NCBI GenBank assembly: GCA_040756235.1
Contig: JBFLZG010000038.1
Coordinates: 1-40,054, forward strand
Direction: 5' to 3'
Source of the DNA: a bacterium
GTDB taxonomy: Bacteria; Desulfobacterota; DSWW01
DNA length: 40,054 nt
Part shown: positions 26,973 through 34,844 of the stretch, in pieces
Layout of the letters: the number at the start of each line of letters is the position of its first letter
Numbering within the stretch: position 1 is the stretch's first letter
Notes under the pieces: generated by a model
Database searches by the model: none
Told to the model about the DNA's origin: nothing
What the model saw: only the letters and a program-made list of their open reading frames with translations
Position numbers and translations under genes: made by a program

Positions 26973-28367
26973 TCAGACGCGGCTTTCACGACCTTCAGGC
27001 TCCTGAGCTCGGATGTCGGCGCTCGTGATCGGTGCTTCTTCGATTGCCCCCGTCCTTCTCTCAAATGCGCCGGCCAGATATCGGATGAGGAACATGAGCG
27101 CGGCGAGGAGCGCTGCGACGAACAAGCTCAGGAAGCGGACGGCGCCGTACTGGGTAATGGCCGCGAACGCCAGACTGATGACGATCCCGATGCCCTTGGA
27201 GAACCGCTGTACGAACATGTCGATGAAAGCCTTGGCCTTGTACTTCTCCGCTCTCGACGTCGGCGTGTAGAGGACCTCCTTGGAGGTCTGGTAGATGGAG
27301 TAGTTCAGGCCGTCGGAGCTCACCACCATGGCCGCACCCATCGCCAGGGAAGGCGCCAGGAGGAATCCCAGAGAGCTCCCCAGGACCGCGACCGGCAAGA
27401 GCATGAGGGCGGCGCCGACGCCGAAGCGACTGAGAAGAAATCCGGTCAGCAGGATCTGGGAAAGGATCGATACGATACCGGTCACCTGACCCACGGTGGC
27501 CAGGAAGACCTGCTTGTCGGCAGCGCCTCCGACCAGATGAACCACGGTGGCGCTGTATTGATAATTGATGGTGGCCGAAACGATCTCGTAGATGCCGACG
27601 AGGCCGGCTATGCAAAGCAGGTAGCCGGACCTCCGGACGAGCCTTGCCCCTTCCACCGCCTGGGCCCACCCGGAGCCGGAGCCTGCGGGGCTCGGTGCGC
27701 TTTCCGTTCCCGCTTGCCGCGCACGAGAAGGACGGCTGCCTCTGCGCTTTCCCAGGTATCGGGCGTCGACCGCGCGCGCCAGGACCATGATGACGGCCGT
27801 CAGACCCATGCAGACGTGAAGCAGGGTGTCGGTCCCGGCCGCCTCCACGAACTCCCGCACGACCGTGTTTCCCACGTACCCCCCGATGACCCCTCCGGCG
27901 CCGATCACGCCGTACAGCCGCCTGGCCTGGGCGGGCGGAGAGATGTCGTTCAGGAAGGCCCAGAAGACCGCCACCATCACCGTCGAGAAGAGGTCCCCGA
28001 GCAGGTAGAAGGTCCAGATCGCGAGCGCCCCCGGCGGAGAGGCCAGCATCCGGCTGTAGAGGAAGAAGGCAACGAAGAAGAAGAGCCCGAAAACGGCGGT
28101 CAGGTGGGTGCGGCGCAGGTGTCCGGCCAGATAGGAGAAGACCGCCGCGGCCGCGACCGCCACAACGATGTTGAGGAGCTTGGCAATGAGCTCCCACTCG
28201 GCCGCCCGCGGCCCCAGGGCTTCCAGAAACAGCCCCTGTTTCATCGGCTTGAGAATCTGGAAGACCATGATCACGAGAAAGAAGAACAGGTGCATGAGAG
28301 CGACTTTGGCCCATTCGTCCCTGCGGATGTCCGCCAGGTAGCGGATCCCCTTCCGGTTCATGCTCAC
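26973..28367 (-). CDS. Npt1/Npt2 (NTT/TLC) family nucleotide transporter, MFS fold
   Basis: Multiple TM segments; ILKPMK, FWAFLNDI..P.QARRLYGVIGAGG, YSIYQTSKEVLY.P, KYKAKAFIDMFVQR typical of NTT family. Confidence 0.88.
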   Translation of the reverse strand: MSMNRKGIRYLADIRRDEWAKVALMHLFFFLVIMVFQILKPMKQGLFLEALGPRAAEWELIAKLLNIVVAVAAAAVFSYLAGHLRRTHLTAVFGLFFFVAFFLYSRMLASPPGALAIWTFYLLGDLFSTVMVAVFWAFLNDISPPAQARRLYGVIGAGGVIGGYVGNTVVREFVEAAGTDTLLHVCMGLTAVIMVLARAVDARYLGKRRGSRPSRARQAGTESAPSPAGSGSGWAQAVEGARLVRRSGYLLCIAGLVGIYEIVSATINYQYSATVVHLVGGAADKQVFLATVGQVTGIVSILSQILLTGFLLSRFGVGAALMLLPVAVLGSSLGFLLAPSLAMGAAMVVSSDGLNYSIYQTSKEVLYTPTSRAEKYKAKAFIDMFVQRFSKGIGIVISLAFAAITQYGAVRFLSLFVAALLAALMFLIRYLAGAFERRTGAIEEAPITSADIRAQEPEGRESRV

Positions 28368-28380
28368 CCGTTCTTTCCTC

Positions 28381-28422
28381 TCGTTGCTCTCAGATCGTTG
28401 CTTTCAGATCGTTGCTTTGAGA
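28381..28422. repeat. 14-bp tandem repeat x3
   Basis: tcgttgctctcaga tcgttgctttcaga tcgttgctttgaga, directly upstream of the NTT RBS. Confidence 0.9.
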
Positions 28423-28638
28423 ATGGCCGGCCGGCCGGCGGCGTCGGCCGGTCCGGAATGGCTGCGGAACCCGCTCTTCCCTTCTTGGATGTCGCCGCGG
28501 TCCATATGTCCCATGGAAGGCCGCTGGAACGCGCGGCCGGGCCTGGGGGCCACAGGGAGTCGAGATTTCGTGCGGTCGAAAGGGGGGTCGCCCCGGAAGG
28601 GATGGCCGTGCAGCGGCTTGCTGGATCGGTTCTGCCGG

Positions 28639-28690
28639 TTGACGAGACTCCTATAAGAGTGCTATAGAAGTCTAAAAGCGGTTTTAGACT
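28639..28690 (+). promoter_or_regulatory. Putative sigma70 promoter of dsrMK-like operon with overlapping palindromic operator
   Basis: TTGACG-18 bp-TATAGA (extended TG) immediately followed by AGTCTAAAA-GCGG-TTTTAGACT inverted repeat (28669-28690). Confidence 0.6.
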
Positions 28691-28774
28691 CTAATGAGAT
28701 TCCATAAACACTCCGATGCCTTTTGTGAAAGGGAACCCGGATCCCGTATAGGCCCCTCCTTTTGAGGCAAAGAC

Positions 28775-29476
28775 ATGTTGGCTTTCCTGGTCTGCCGCAT
28801 CCTCCCCTGGATCACGATTGCGGTCTTGTTCACGGGCATCCTCGCGCGGACCCGCAGGTGGATGAAGGGCGGGAGACCCAAGCTCACGCTCTTTCCGTCC
28901 GGCGGGTCGACGGCCGGCGCGTGGAAGAGGATCTTCAGGGAAATCTTCGTCTTCGAATCCCTGTTCAAGAGCAACCGAGGCCTGTGGGGCGGCACGTGGG
29001 TGTTCCATGCCGGGCTGCTGCTGGTCCTGGCGGGGCATGCGCGGCTCGTGGCCGAGTTCCCGCGGCTCAGGAGTGCCTTCGGGGTGGCGACCGATCAGGC
29101 GGATGCGCTGGGACAATGGATCGGCGGGGGAGCGGGGATCCTGGTGCTCGCCATGGGGTGCTACCTGCTGGCCAGAAGGCTGGTCATCCGGAGTGTCCGC
29201 GAGATCTCCGGGCGGGAAGACTACTTGGTGCTTGGCGTGCTGCTGGCCGTGATCGTCTCAGGCGACGCCCTCCGGTTCATGCCGGGGTCCGACCTGGCTG
29301 AGACTCGGGCGTTCCTGCGGGGGCTGTTCCTCTTGCAGCCGGTCACCGCCCCTTCTCACCTTTTGTTTCTCATCCACTTTTTGCTGGCCCAGGCGCTCTT
29401 GATCATCGTGCCGTTCAGCAAGTTCATGCACATCCCCGGCGTTTTTTTCACGAAATCCCTGCTTCTCAAGCCATGA
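28775..29476 (+). CDS. dsrM: DsrM/NarI-like di-haem cytochrome b membrane subunit
   Basis: IFVFESLF, four His ligands in WVFHAG..GHAR and FLIHF..PFSKFMH.PG.FF; several TM helices. Confidence 0.85.
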   Translation: MLAFLVCRILPWITIAVLFTGILARTRRWMKGGRPKLTLFPSGGSTAGAWKRIFREIFVFESLFKSNRGLWGGTWVFHAGLLLVLAGHARLVAEFPRLRSAFGVATDQADALGQWIGGGAGILVLAMGCYLLARRLVIRSVREISGREDYLVLGVLLAVIVSGDALRFMPGSDLAETRAFLRGLFLLQPVTAPSHLLFLIHFLLAQALLIIVPFSKFMHIPGVFFTKSLLLKP

Positions 29477-29488
29477 AGGGGAGCGAAC

Positions 29489-30799
29489 ATGGAACAGCCG
29501 ATCGCGCAACACGCGCAAGTCGTCGAGTGGGCGAAGAACCCTGAGAGCTGGGGCCATCCGGTCGAGCTTTACCTGGAGATCTGCGCCCGCTGCGGGACCT
29601 GTGCCGAGGTCTGTCACGTGTATCAGGGAAATCCCTGCAGCGAAACGAATCCTGCGAAGCGAGCCGATTTCCTGCGTACCCTGTACAAGTCCCAGGCAAC
29701 CTTCCTCGGCCGGCTGTTCAGCCGCTTTCGTCTCACGGAGGCCGTCGTCGACGAGTGGGCGCGTGCTTTTTACAGCTGTTCCGCGTGCCGCCGCTGCGCG
29801 CAGTATTGCCCCCTGGGGATCGACAACTCGGTGATCACGCGCAAGGCCAGGGCCATCCTCCACCGGCTGGGCAAGACTCCCAAGAAGCTGGCCGACACCC
29901 AGGACGTGTCGGACCAGTTCGGGAATGACGAAGGGGTCACCGCCATGGCGCTCAAGGACATGCTGTCCTTCCTGGAGGACGAGATCCGGCTGGACAAAGG
30001 CGTTCAGGTGTCGATTCCCGTAGATGAGCCGGCGGACATCCTGTTCGTCCCCCCATCGGCAGACCTCTTTTCCTCCCCCGAGGTCCTCATGGGGTGCGCG
30101 ATCTTCTTCCACGCCGCCGGCCTGAAATGGACGATGTGCAGCCAGGCCTTTGACGGCGCCAACTTCGGCCTGTTCACCGGAGACGAGGAGCACATCCGGA
30201 GGAAGAACAAACGGCTGTACGACGCGTGCGTCCGGCTGCGAGTCAAGAAGCTGGTGATGGGCGAGTGCGGGCACGCGTACCGGGTCGCCAAGCAGTTGAT
30301 GCCGACCTTCTGGGGCCCGCTCCCGTTCGAGGTCGTGAGCATCTTCACCCTGGCCTCGGGCTTGATCCGGGACGGGGCCATCCGCCTCGATCCCTCCAGG
30401 AACCCGATGCCCGTGACCTATCACGACCCCTGCAACTACACCAGGAGTTGCGGCTTGGTCGAGGAGCCCAGGGTCGTGCTGCAGGCCTGTGCGGATCAGT
30501 TCATCGAGATGACGCCCAACCGTTACGAGAACTGGTGCTGCGGCGGCGGCGGCGGGCTGGCCGTGCTCGACGGCAACGAGGGCGTGGCGGGCATGGACCA
30601 GACCTTCGAGGAGCGCTGCGTGCAGCTCTCCGGGAAGAAGAAGGCGGAACAGGTTCGAAAGACAGGCGCGCAGCTCGTCAGCACCCCGTGCGCGAACTGC
30701 AGGCGCCAGATGAAGAGGCTCATGAACGGTCATGGGATGGATGTGCAGGTCGTCGGGGTTTTCGATCTTCTGGCCAGAGCGGCGATTTTGAGCCAGTGA
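29489..30799 (+). CDS. dsrK: DsrK/HdrD-like Fe-S protein with CCG domain
   Basis: CARCGTCAEVC, CSACRRCAQYCPLGID, GECGHAYR, TYHDPCN, CCGGGGG, PCANC. Confidence 0.85.
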   Translation: MEQPIAQHAQVVEWAKNPESWGHPVELYLEICARCGTCAEVCHVYQGNPCSETNPAKRADFLRTLYKSQATFLGRLFSRFRLTEAVVDEWARAFYSCSACRRCAQYCPLGIDNSVITRKARAILHRLGKTPKKLADTQDVSDQFGNDEGVTAMALKDMLSFLEDEIRLDKGVQVSIPVDEPADILFVPPSADLFSSPEVLMGCAIFFHAAGLKWTMCSQAFDGANFGLFTGDEEHIRRKNKRLYDACVRLRVKKLVMGECGHAYRVAKQLMPTFWGPLPFEVVSIFTLASGLIRDGAIRLDPSRNPMPVTYHDPCNYTRSCGLVEEPRVVLQACADQFIEMTPNRYENWCCGGGGGLAVLDGNEGVAGMDQTFEERCVQLSGKKKAEQVRKTGAQLVSTPCANCRRQMKRLMNGHGMDVQVVGVFDLLARAAILSQ

Positions 30800-30820
30800 A
30801 CTCCAGCAAAGGAGGCGGTC

Positions 30821-31480
30821 ATGGAAGCCATCGTCGTCAAGGGCAAGACGTACCAGGTGGATGATCTCGGTTATCTGGTCGACCCGGGCCAGTGGGACGA
30901 GGATTTCGCCCAGGGGATGGCAAGCGCCGTCGACATTCCCCGGGGATTGACGGAGGAGCATTGGAAGGTCATCCGCTTTCTGAGACAGGAAGCGGACAAG
31001 ACGGGGAGAGTGCCTACGGTCTATCAGGCCTGCAAGAGCAACCGCCTGCGGATCGGGGATCTGATGCGGCTGTTCCCGACCGGATACCGGAGGGGCGCCA
31101 TGGTGCTGGCCGGCTACAGCGAGGCGCTGTACGACAGGACGCGCCTCCAGGCCCCCGAGGCGCGGCAGGTCCGGGAAGAGAAGGTGTACCGTGTCCATGC
31201 GGGCGGATACCTCGTGAATCCGTCGGACTGGGACGAAGACTTTGCCATCCACAAGGCGGATGAGCTGGGCATCATCGGAAGCTTGACGGACAAGCATTGG
31301 CAGGTCATTCGCAGCCTGCGCGCAGGATTCGCTCGGACCGGAGTCGTCCCCACGGTCTATGAAACCTGCGCGCAGCATCATCTGGAGCTCGAGGACCTGG
31401 AGGCGCTGTTTCCAAGCGGCTACCACCGCGGTGCGGTGAAGATTGCGGGGCTGCGCCTGGCCAAGGCCAAGGAAGGATAG
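30821..31480 (+). CDS. Tandem two-domain DsrC/TusE-family protein lacking the C-terminal catalytic cysteines
   Basis: Two repeats of GYLV.P..WDEDFA...LT..HW.VI..LR...LFP.GY.RGA..(L/I)AG; GGAGG RBS. Confidence 0.88.
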   Translation: MEAIVVKGKTYQVDDLGYLVDPGQWDEDFAQGMASAVDIPRGLTEEHWKVIRFLRQEADKTGRVPTVYQACKSNRLRIGDLMRLFPTGYRRGAMVLAGYSEALYDRTRLQAPEARQVREEKVYRVHAGGYLVNPSDWDEDFAIHKADELGIIGSLTDKHWQVIRSLRAGFARTGVVPTVYETCAQHHLELEDLEALFPSGYHRGAVKIAGLRLAKAKEG

Positions 31481-31490
31481 GGCCTGTGCC

Positions 31491-31555
31491 GACAGGCTCC
31501 CCGCCTCTCATGCCCCAGAGCCGAACGCCGCAGGCCGGCGGTTGGGGACAGGCTC
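31491..31555. repeat. Degenerate family A fragments
   Basis: GACAGGCTCCCC as at 20761 and GAGCCGAACGCCGCAG, the reverse complement of 20720-20735. Confidence 0.5.
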
Positions 31556-31827
31556 GAGGATAAGAGCGATCGCTCGTTTGCCATGTTAGGCGCAACGGGT
31601 CGCCTGCGGCGCCTGCTCGAAGCTCACGGTCGGGAGGTGGTCGCGCCGAATGTGACCGATGCGCTCCCCTGAAACTTTTTCACGACTCTCTTCGTTCCTA
31701 CCTTCGAAAGCAGACAGGAAGTACCGATAGGATATGTTGGACTCACGATGGTGTCATCGCGCCATCGCCTCAGAAGGTCGTCGCCGGAGTGCGCCTTGCG
31801 GCGTGCCCGTTGCGGACACACAAGCCC

Positions 31828-32289
31828 ATGAGAGCTCCGTTGCTGGCCCGCTGTTGCGGGGTCATTCTCGCGGCAGCCTTCTGCCCGTGCAGGTTTGCTC
31901 CGCAGGCACCGCCGATCGAGCCACTGCCTGAGTCAGAGACGGCCGGCCTGCTCGCCGGAATCGATCGTGGGGAGCAGATTCGTGCCGGCGCGCTCCATCG
32001 GGCTCTCCACTCGAGTCAACTCACCCTCCGGGCGCGCGCGGCAATGGCCCTCGGCACCCAAGGCGACCGCAGCTCGATCGCGTTCCTGATCGATGCGCTT
32101 TCGGACATGTCCAGCCATGTGGGCGCCGGCTATACCGCCCCCGGGCTGGAGACGACACGCTACTGGGCCAGCGAATCGCTCAAGAGACTTGCCGTCAGGG
32201 ACTTTGGTTTTGTCTGGAATGCTCCGGAACGTGAAAGCAAAGAGACCACAGACCGCTGGAAAGACTGGTACCTCGGGAGGGATCGATAA
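31828..32289 (+). CDS. Small exported HEAT-repeat-like hypothetical protein
   Basis: Hydrophobic N-terminus; LRARAAMALGTQGDRSSIAFLIDALSD..TRYWASESLKRL..DFG..W..W resembles PBS-lyase HEAT repeats; start uncertain. Confidence 0.55.
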   Translation: MRAPLLARCCGVILAAAFCPCRFAPQAPPIEPLPESETAGLLAGIDRGEQIRAGALHRALHSSQLTLRARAAMALGTQGDRSSIAFLIDALSDMSSHVGAGYTAPGLETTRYWASESLKRLAVRDFGFVWNAPERESKETTDRWKDWYLGRDR

Positions 32290-32290
32290 C

Positions 32291-33793
32291 ATGCTGGCAG
32301 GTCCATACGGTAGCTCCGGGAAGTGCTCGAAGGCGCCGACCCAGTTCGCCAGCCGGGAGGGATTGCTTCATCCGTGGTGCCTCCTTGCGCTCGCCATCCT
32401 CTGCTCGTTCGCGCTTCTGGCCCCGTCCCGGGCTCATGGTGGCGCCCCGCCCGAGGTGCTTGCAGGAGCCATCCTTTTCGGAACCGTTTTCGAGAGCCTC
32501 GCAGACCCGGACGCGCTTGCGCGCCGTGACGTGCCGGATGAGGTGCGGCCCAGGATCGAGGCCTTTGCCGCGCGAGCAGAGGCATTTCGGTCCAGATTGC
32601 CCGAGGTCGAGAGACCACGAGGCCCGGAGGTGTGGGCCGTGGAGAAGAGGCGGCACATGGAGCGGGACATGGTCGCCCTGATCGACACCCCAGGAATCGA
32701 AAAGGCAGCCTGCGATTACGCCGCCGCCGCCGTGCTGGCCTACGAATGGGAGGGGTTCAGTGAGGTCCCGCTGAAAGAGGCTGCCTGTGCCGCGGATTTC
32801 CTGGCAAGCCATCCCACGACTCCTCTCAGGCCCTACCTGAATCTCTTCCTTGCCCACCGCTATCGGTGCGCGACCGAGATCCTGAGAGGGGAAAGGGGGG
32901 CGCGCGATGCAACAACCCGCGCCGCCGCAAACTACAAGGCCTGCCTCGAGGTCGCCTTGAAGGACCCGGATCCCCTGGTGCGGTTCGTTGCGGCGGACAT
33001 GGAAAAGAGGCCCCACCTCTATCTCGAGGAGACGGAGGCCCGTCTGCAACGGGGGCCGGTCGGGGGCGCCCCGTGCCCGGATGCTGCGCTCCCCGGGGCG
33101 ATCCAAGACCCCCGCGCTTGGGCCCTCGCGTGCTTCGTCATCTCCGCTGGTCCCGAAGCCGCCAGCCCGGGGACTCTATCCGAGTTTCAGGCGGACCTCT
33201 ACGGCGAGGGCCAACCCGCACTCTTCATCGGGTCCACGGTTGACAGGGGAAACGCCGGCGGAATGCACTACGTGTTCAAGCAGGAGGGGTCGGCGTACCG
33301 CTACCTGGGCTCTCTCTTCCTGCACCCGAAGGCATTTGAGACGCTCGGGCCGGGCGCGGACGGGAATCCGCGCATGATCCGCTACCACCGCCTGGGTGCG
33401 GATGAGGGGCTGCTCCAGTCCGTCGTCTACGACGGCAAGTCCTTTGTCGTCACTCGATCGGAGAAGGTATTCGCGCAAGGGAGGGACAGGGCAAGATTCT
33501 GCGAGCTTTTCGAGCTCATGTGCCGGGAGGATCCCGAGCCAGGACCATTGACGGCGCGTGAGCCGCCCCTGCCGCTGCGGCGGGCCCTCGATCTCGCGGA
33601 GGGCAATGTCGAGGATAAGAGGATCGACCTTACCGGCCAGTACCTTCACTCCATCGGGCTCCGGTATGATGAAAACGCCAGAACATCTTACTGGCATGTG
33701 CAGTGGATGTGGTCCCAGCCCCGTATCGGCGGTGAGTTCGGTCTTCGCGTGTACATGAACGGCCAGGTCGTCCCGGCTCCACTCGGTCCCTGA
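32291..33793 (+). CDS. Exported hypothetical protein, probably multi-module
   Basis: ATG 1 bp after previous stop; signal-like LLALAILCSFALLAPSRAHG; protein-like composition; no family recognised. Confidence 0.65.
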   Translation: MLAGPYGSSGKCSKAPTQFASREGLLHPWCLLALAILCSFALLAPSRAHGGAPPEVLAGAILFGTVFESLADPDALARRDVPDEVRPRIEAFAARAEAFRSRLPEVERPRGPEVWAVEKRRHMERDMVALIDTPGIEKAACDYAAAAVLAYEWEGFSEVPLKEAACAADFLASHPTTPLRPYLNLFLAHRYRCATEILRGERGARDATTRAAANYKACLEVALKDPDPLVRFVAADMEKRPHLYLEETEARLQRGPVGGAPCPDAALPGAIQDPRAWALACFVISAGPEAASPGTLSEFQADLYGEGQPALFIGSTVDRGNAGGMHYVFKQEGSAYRYLGSLFLHPKAFETLGPGADGNPRMIRYHRLGADEGLLQSVVYDGKSFVVTRSEKVFAQGRDRARFCELFELMCREDPEPGPLTAREPPLPLRRALDLAEGNVEDKRIDLTGQYLHSIGLRYDENARTSYWHVQWMWSQPRIGGEFGLRVYMNGQVVPAPLGP

Positions 33794-33848
33794 GCCTTGC
33801 CCGGACGAGTCGGTTACGGGGTCGTCTGGGTCGCAGCACGGAGGAAGC

Positions 33849-34604
33849 ATGTCTATGCGCAAAGCCTGCCACCTGCTGAAGGTGCTCCTCGGAGCTACGC
33901 TTGCCGCCGTCGGGCTGCGACCGGCGCCGCCTGTCCTTGCGTGCGAGTGTGCGTGGGCATTCGACGATGCGGCCAACCGGGAGGCGTCGCAGGAGATGCC
34001 TCTGCCGGATCTTCGTGCGCGGCTTGCGGCCGCGCGCGCCGAGGGCGCGTCCGCGCAGCGCCGGGCCCGCGTGACGTTCGCGGCCGAGCTTCAGGCCGGG
34101 GAATCCTTTGAGCGCCCCTTTGGCCCCGGTCTCGTCTTTCGCCTGGAGCCGGGGAAGGCCGGCTGGACCATCACCGTCAAGGAGCAGGGGCGGAACGAGG
34201 ACCTCTCCCGCCTCACGCCACCGTTTCACTTCGTGCCCAACCCGCGCGACATCGAAGGCTGGCATTTCCGCAATGCCGACAACACCGGCCCCAACGAAGC
34301 CGGAGACAAGAACGTCAATGCCCCGGGCGAGATCCGGGGGTTCATCTTTTCCCCCGAGGTGGGTCGGACCGTCGCCGGTCCGCAGGCAAGAACCGCGCCT
34401 TCGCCCGAGGATATCGAGACCGTGCGCCGCTTCGGCCGGGGCACGCTGCGGATCCTTGAATACCGGCTCGACAACCTGGAGCCCGGAAAACAGGCGGGCA
34501 TGGAATGGATGCGCTTCGAGGTCGAGCTCTCCTGGCCGGAAGCGACGGAGGGCAACAAAGTTCGGAGCTCGGCCCCGCAAATGACGGTCTCAAATGCCTC
34601 CTGA
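33849..34604 (+). CDS. Exported hypothetical protein
   Basis: GGAGG RBS; signal-like N-terminus followed by ACEC; beta-rich body with NPRDIEGWHFRNADNTGPN and NAPGEIRGFIFSPEV. Confidence 0.7.
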   Translation: MSMRKACHLLKVLLGATLAAVGLRPAPPVLACECAWAFDDAANREASQEMPLPDLRARLAAARAEGASAQRRARVTFAAELQAGESFERPFGPGLVFRLEPGKAGWTITVKEQGRNEDLSRLTPPFHFVPNPRDIEGWHFRNADNTGPNEAGDKNVNAPGEIRGFIFSPEVGRTVAGPQARTAPSPEDIETVRRFGRGTLRILEYRLDNLEPGKQAGMEWMRFEVELSWPEATEGNKVRSSAPQMTVSNAS

Positions 34605-34844
34605 TACAGCCTCCTCCGCGACGGACCGCGCCAGCTGTTCGCAGTGACCGGATCTGTCACAATCTCCCGGTAAATTTTTGAAGAAACCATCCGCCACCTG
34701 GGAGCGCCCGGAGTCTGCGCGAGCGCGGACTGCGATGGCGCGGCGCACGGTGCGGCACCGCGGGCCGCGCGAAAGGGGTAGTGGCTCCGCCCCTCCGGAT
34801 CGTGTATAGATGGGCGCTCGGGACCTGAGAAAGGGCCTCGGCTC

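Noticed and set aside
28381..28422. CRISPR array or iteron origin
   Set aside because: Repeats are 14 bp, contiguous with no spacers, and no cas or rep gene is present
28721..28740. Rex operator upstream of dsrM-like gene
   Set aside because: Only a TTGTGAA half-site; the second half is absent
28775..29476. Respiratory nitrate reductase gamma subunit (narI)
   Set aside because: No narGHJ; followed by DsrK-like and DsrC-like genes, so DsrM-like is the better call
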